Shown piece after piece: positions 60,084-64,000 of a DNA stretch of 64,000 bases. Position numbers and translations under genes: made by a program. Source of the DNA: Terriglobia bacterium. Lineage in GTDB: Bacteria; Acidobacteriota; Terriglobia; JAJPHL01; JAPKYU01. The notes beneath the pieces are model-generated. The model saw only the letters and a list, made by a program, of their open reading frames with translations. It searched no databases and was not told where the DNA came from. The stretch covers positions 384,001-448,000 of the forward strand of contig CBDBKE010000003.1 of the NCBI GenBank assembly GCA_965206645.1, given 5' to 3'. Within the stretch, counting starts at the first letter, position 1. Every line of letters begins with the position of its first letter.

Positions 60084-61091
60084 ATGAAGGATTTGAGCGT
60101 CTTCTCACGCCCTCTATTCCCAAAGATCAGTGCCCGCGCGTTCCAAGCTTTGCTGCTTCTATGCGTTCTTCTACTCCCCGCGTGTAAGACACGTGAGCAA
60201 CCACTGTACGCAGTCATACCCAAGGGCCAGTCCCATGTCTTCTGGCAATCTGTGCACGCTGGGGCGGTGGCCGCGTCACGAGAGTCAGGTGTGGATATCG
60301 CCTGGAATGGGCCAGCATTGGAAACAGACTTCACAAAACAAATCGCCATCATAGATGCCTTTATCAACCGTCGGGTCGACGGCATCCTGCTCGCTCCGAG
60401 CGAACAGGAGGCTCTTGTACCGGCCATCCAGCGTGCTCACCGAGCTGGCATCCCTCTCACCATCTTCGATTCGCGAGCCCAAACAGAGGACTACGTTTCT
60501 TTTATCGCCACAGACAACTATGCCGGTGGAGTGATGGGGGCACGTCGTCTGGCTAAGATCCTTGGTGGGCGGGGCAGAGTGGCGATGATCGCGGTCATGC
60601 CCGGAGCAGCTTCTACCCTGGAACGCGAGAAGGGATTCCAGGATACGCTCCAGAAGGAGTCTCCGGACATCAAGCTTGTAGCTTGGCAATACGGCATGGC
60701 GGAATACGCACGCTCCCTCACTGTGACCGAAGATATCCTGACAGCCCATCCCACACTCGAGGGCATTTTCGCTTCAAACGAGTCGAGTACGGTTGGAGCA
60801 GCCCAGGCTGTTAAGGGACGGGGATTGGCCGGTAAGATAAAGATTGTGGGCTTCGACTCTTCTCCCAGCTTGCTAGACGATCTGCGAGCCGGAACCATCG
60901 ACTCGCTCGTCCTACAGGACCCGTTTCAAATGGGATACCTGGGCTTGAAGACGCTCATCGACTACCGCGCCGGCCGCGAGCCACCGAAACGAACGGACCT
61001 ACCCCCCACGCTGGTTACCCGCGAGAATCTTGATGACTCCAAAATTCAACGTTTGGTCAATCCTGACATTGAGCGCTACCTGAAGGAATAG
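60084..61091 (+). CDS. Sugar ABC transporter substrate-binding protein (RbsB-like)
   Basis: Lipobox-like LPAC; VIPKG..HVFW, TDNY.GG, VGFD, QDPF.MGY. Confidence 0.9.
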   Translation: MKDLSVFSRPLFPKISARAFQALLLLCVLLLPACKTREQPLYAVIPKGQSHVFWQSVHAGAVAASRESGVDIAWNGPALETDFTKQIAIIDAFINRRVDGILLAPSEQEALVPAIQRAHRAGIPLTIFDSRAQTEDYVSFIATDNYAGGVMGARRLAKILGGRGRVAMIAVMPGAASTLEREKGFQDTLQKESPDIKLVAWQYGMAEYARSLTVTEDILTAHPTLEGIFASNESSTVGAAQAVKGRGLAGKIKIVGFDSSPSLLDDLRAGTIDSLVLQDPFQMGYLGLKTLIDYRAGREPPKRTDLPPTLVTRENLDDSKIQRLVNPDIERYLKE

Positions 61092-61099
61092 ATTTTCAC

Positions 61100-62638
61100 A
61101 TGTCGGTCGATGGGATTTCCCGCATCGTCTCCCAACCTTCGTCGTCCCTTGTGGAGCTCCGAGGAATCGACAAGTCCTACGGAGGAGTGCCAGTCCTGAA
61201 ACAGGCCGGTCTCCATGTCGGATTGGGAGAAATTCACGGGCTAGTAGGTGAAAACGGCGCCGGCAAGTCCACACTGGTCAAGATCCTCGGGGGCGAAGTG
61301 CCACGGGACAGCGGCGAAATTCGCTGGCTAGAGGAGCCGACCCCACTCGCCTCTCGAGGCGATGCGGAGCGCCTGGGCATCACAATGATCCACCAAGAAC
61401 TGAACCTGGCGCCCCATCTCACCGTGGCCCAGAACTTATTCCTCGGCCACGAACCGACCCGATTCGGCCGGCCATTCAGAATCATTGATCGTGCACGAGA
61501 ACTCTCCGAAACCCAGGACTTGCTCAAGCGGATTGGGTTCGACTTGGATCCGCAAGTGCAGGTTCGTCGCTTGCGCCCGGCCCAAAGGCAATTGGTCGAA
61601 ATTGCCCGAGCCGTCATCCGGGCTACACGCCTCGTGATCATGGACGAACCGACCTCATCGCTGTCATCCCGAGAGGTGGAAGAGTTATTTCGCGTCGTCC
61701 GGCGGCTGAAGGAGCACGGGACTGCTGTCATTTTCGTGACACACCGTTTGGAGGAACTCGCACAGATCGCTGATCGCACCACAGTCCTGCGTGACGGTGA
61801 AACAGTTCACGAAGGCGCCATGCCACGCCAGGATTTCGGTGAGCTGATTCGCGCTTTAGTTGGACGTGAATTAAAGGATTTCTTTCCACCCCGTAGCTCC
61901 CAGCGAGGGAAGCTCGCACTGGAAGTTCACAACCTGACCCGCCCAAGGAGTTTCATAAATGTCAGTTTTGGCGTCCACGAGGGAGAAATTGTTGGTCTCG
62001 CCGGACTGACTGGGGCAGGTCGAACCGAGCTGGCGGAAGCAATATTTGGGGTGGCGCCACCAGTCGACGGCCAAATCTTCATCCATGGTGAGCAAGCCAC
62101 CATCCGCTCGCCGCAGGACGCGATCCGTTACGGCCTGGCGCTCATTACAGAGGATCGGAAACGGACGGGCCTCACACTAAACCTCGGCGTCGCGAAAAAT
62201 ATTACCCTCGCGAATATGTCCGGCATAACTCGCAAGGGGCTCATCGATCTCAAAAAGGAAGAGCAGGTAGCGCAGCAATTGTTAGACCGTTTGCGGATTC
62301 GCGCAGCTTCCCTAGCCCAGAAGGTCAACCGGTTGAGCGGCGGCAACCAGCAAAAAGTCGTCCTGGCCAAGTGGCTCTTTGGGCAGGGTCGAATTTTTCT
62401 TTTCGACGAGCCCACTCGCGGAGTGGATGTTGGCGCCAAGACGGAAATCTATCGCATCATGAACCAGCTGGCTGGAGCTGGCGCTGCGATTCTGATGATT
62501 TCCTCTGAGTTGCCAGAAATCCTGGGCATGACAGACCGAGTTCTCGTCATGCGTAACAATCGTTTGGTCAAAGAGCTGGTAACGGCCCAGACGACACAGG
62601 AAGAGATCATGCGCTATGCAGCGCTGGAGCAAGAGTAG
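61100..62638 (+). CDS. Sugar ABC transporter ATP-binding protein (RbsA-like)
   Basis: GENGAGKST, MDEPT, LSGGNQQK, DEPTRGVDVGAK. Confidence 0.95.
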   Translation: MSVDGISRIVSQPSSSLVELRGIDKSYGGVPVLKQAGLHVGLGEIHGLVGENGAGKSTLVKILGGEVPRDSGEIRWLEEPTPLASRGDAERLGITMIHQELNLAPHLTVAQNLFLGHEPTRFGRPFRIIDRARELSETQDLLKRIGFDLDPQVQVRRLRPAQRQLVEIARAVIRATRLVIMDEPTSSLSSREVEELFRVVRRLKEHGTAVIFVTHRLEELAQIADRTTVLRDGETVHEGAMPRQDFGELIRALVGRELKDFFPPRSSQRGKLALEVHNLTRPRSFINVSFGVHEGEIVGLAGLTGAGRTELAEAIFGVAPPVDGQIFIHGEQATIRSPQDAIRYGLALITEDRKRTGLTLNLGVAKNITLANMSGITRKGLIDLKKEEQVAQQLLDRLRIRAASLAQKVNRLSGGNQQKVVLAKWLFGQGRIFLFDEPTRGVDVGAKTEIYRIMNQLAGAGAAILMISSELPEILGMTDRVLVMRNNRLVKELVTAQTTQEEIMRYAALEQE

Positions 62639-62714
62639 CTGGCAACAAAATTAAAAGATCAAGTCGCGGGCACAAGAAAATAAGAAGACCGATCCGACTG
62701 TCAGTTTCTAGCGC

Positions 62715-63716
62715 ATGGACGACCAATCGGTTGAGACTTCAATGACGTCTGTTGGGCCCAAGCTTCCTAAACACGCTATGCGTCGCGGTTGGTTGGAGCG
62801 CATGCTTCCGTTCGCTAGCGTGGCGGTCCTATTCATCACTCTTTCGATTCTGTCACCCTATTTCCTTACAATTCAAAACCTATCGACGGTCTGCCGCCAG
62901 ACTGCTGTCATCAATATCATGGCGTTGGGGATGACGTTGATCATCATCTCGGGCGGCATCGATCTCTCGGTCGGATCGGTAATGGCTTTTGCAGGAATTT
63001 GCGGCACGATGCTGCTCCAGATGGGGGTTCCCTTTCTACCCTCCATCTTGGGCGCAATGCTGGCCGGCGCCGCGTGGGGCCTGGTAAATTCCCTACTCAT
63101 CACGGTGCTTAGAGTCAGTCCATTCATTGCCACATTGGGCACGATGGGTGTCGCGCGAGGCCTCACTCTGGTGATCACGGGCAGCTTGCCTGTGGTGAAT
63201 CTGCCGGCGTCTTTCGGCCGGCTTGGAGATGGCAATTTTCTGGGGGTCGTTCCGGTGCCTCTAGTGATCCTAGCTACCCTCGCATTGTTAACCGGGTTCA
63301 TTCTGAAGTACACCCGCCTGGGGCGCTACGCTTACGCAATCGGCAGCAATGTCGAGGCAGCACGTTATGCTGGTATTCCCGTCCGTCGGTTTCTGATCGC
63401 TATCTACATCTTTGCTGGCGCGGCGACAGGGCTGGCCGGAATGATTGAGTTCTCGCGGCTGATGACCGGTCAACCTACAGCCGGGCAAGGCTACGAGCTG
63501 TCTGTCATTGCCGCCGTGATCATCGGCGGAGCAAGCTTATCGGGAGGTGAAGGGTCTGTTACTGGCACCATCGCGGGAGCGTTCTTGATGAGCCTCATGT
63601 CGAACGGTAGCAATCTGCTCGGCGTCTCACCATTTTGGCAGCAGGTGCTCATTGGAGTCGTTATCGTCGCGGCCGTGGCCATGGACGAACTTCGCAGGCG
63701 CCGACAGATAACGTAG
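62715..63716 (+). CDS. Sugar ABC transporter permease (RbsC-like)
   Basis: GGIDLSVGS, PFIATLG, YAIGSN, IAAVIIGGASL.GG.G. Confidence 0.95.
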   Translation: MDDQSVETSMTSVGPKLPKHAMRRGWLERMLPFASVAVLFITLSILSPYFLTIQNLSTVCRQTAVINIMALGMTLIIISGGIDLSVGSVMAFAGICGTMLLQMGVPFLPSILGAMLAGAAWGLVNSLLITVLRVSPFIATLGTMGVARGLTLVITGSLPVVNLPASFGRLGDGNFLGVVPVPLVILATLALLTGFILKYTRLGRYAYAIGSNVEAARYAGIPVRRFLIAIYIFAGAATGLAGMIEFSRLMTGQPTAGQGYELSVIAAVIIGGASLSGGEGSVTGTIAGAFLMSLMSNGSNLLGVSPFWQQVLIGVVIVAAVAMDELRRRRQIT

Positions 63717-63771
63717 GGGCAGGCGAGCAGTTCAGAGACAGCAAAGCCATTCCTAAACAAGGAGAGGTAGC

Positions 63772-64000
63772 ATGGCACATGTGAGTGAAATCGGGCCAGA
63801 TTTGTATCGCATCTCGGCCTTCGTGGAGCAGTTCAACCTTCAGTTCAACCATTTCCTTGTCCTCGACGATGAGCCGCTGCTGTTCCACGCGGGCCTCAAG
63901 GGGATGTTCCCAGAAGTACGCGAGGCAGTGGCAAGCGTTATGGATCCGTCAGGGATTCGTTGGATTGGGTTCAGCCACTTTGAGTCGGATGAATGCGGCG
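63772..64000 (+). CDS. MBL-fold (ODP/FprA-like) protein, runs off window
   Basis: AGGAGAGG RBS; [24 protein letters not shown]. Confidence 0.8.
   Translation, partial: MAHVSEIGPDLYRISAFVEQFNLQFNHFLVLDDEPLLFHAGLKGMFPEVREAVASVMDPSGIRWIGFSHFESDECG

Overview
GC-rich bacterial chromosome segment; gene content suggests Acidobacteriota (inference). Bases 1-27 kb are mostly housekeeping: serA, a radical SAM enzyme, acyl-CoA ligase, add, uvrD/pcrA, amidase, ccdA-tlpA-dsbD(N), gltX, a c-di-GMP cluster whose GAF-GGDEF-HD-GYP gene has an internal TAG, FNR and a permease. Bases 27-57 kb are an IS-rich accessory zone: two full IS1380 copies plus relics, three IS3 (IS407-type) copies, two IS1182 copies nested at the same palindromic site of IS3 in opposite orientations, IS30, IS21/resolvase/S8-peptidase/cas1-like relics, two tyrosine integrases (next to a tRNA-Val 5' half and an intact tRNA-Arg(CCT)), an NHL-repeat protein, a TonB-dependent receptor and a candidate structured RNA. 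The window ends with a frameshifted Ser/Thr kinase-TPR gene and a ribose-type ABC operon. The most unusual observation is that the one IS3 copy lacking IS1182 carries a 27-nt in-frame piece of the IS1182 transposase gene about 30 bp from the IS1182 target site. A secreted-protein gene can also be reassembled from three pieces across an IS3-bounded inversion. All product calls come from motif recognition by eye; no searches were run.
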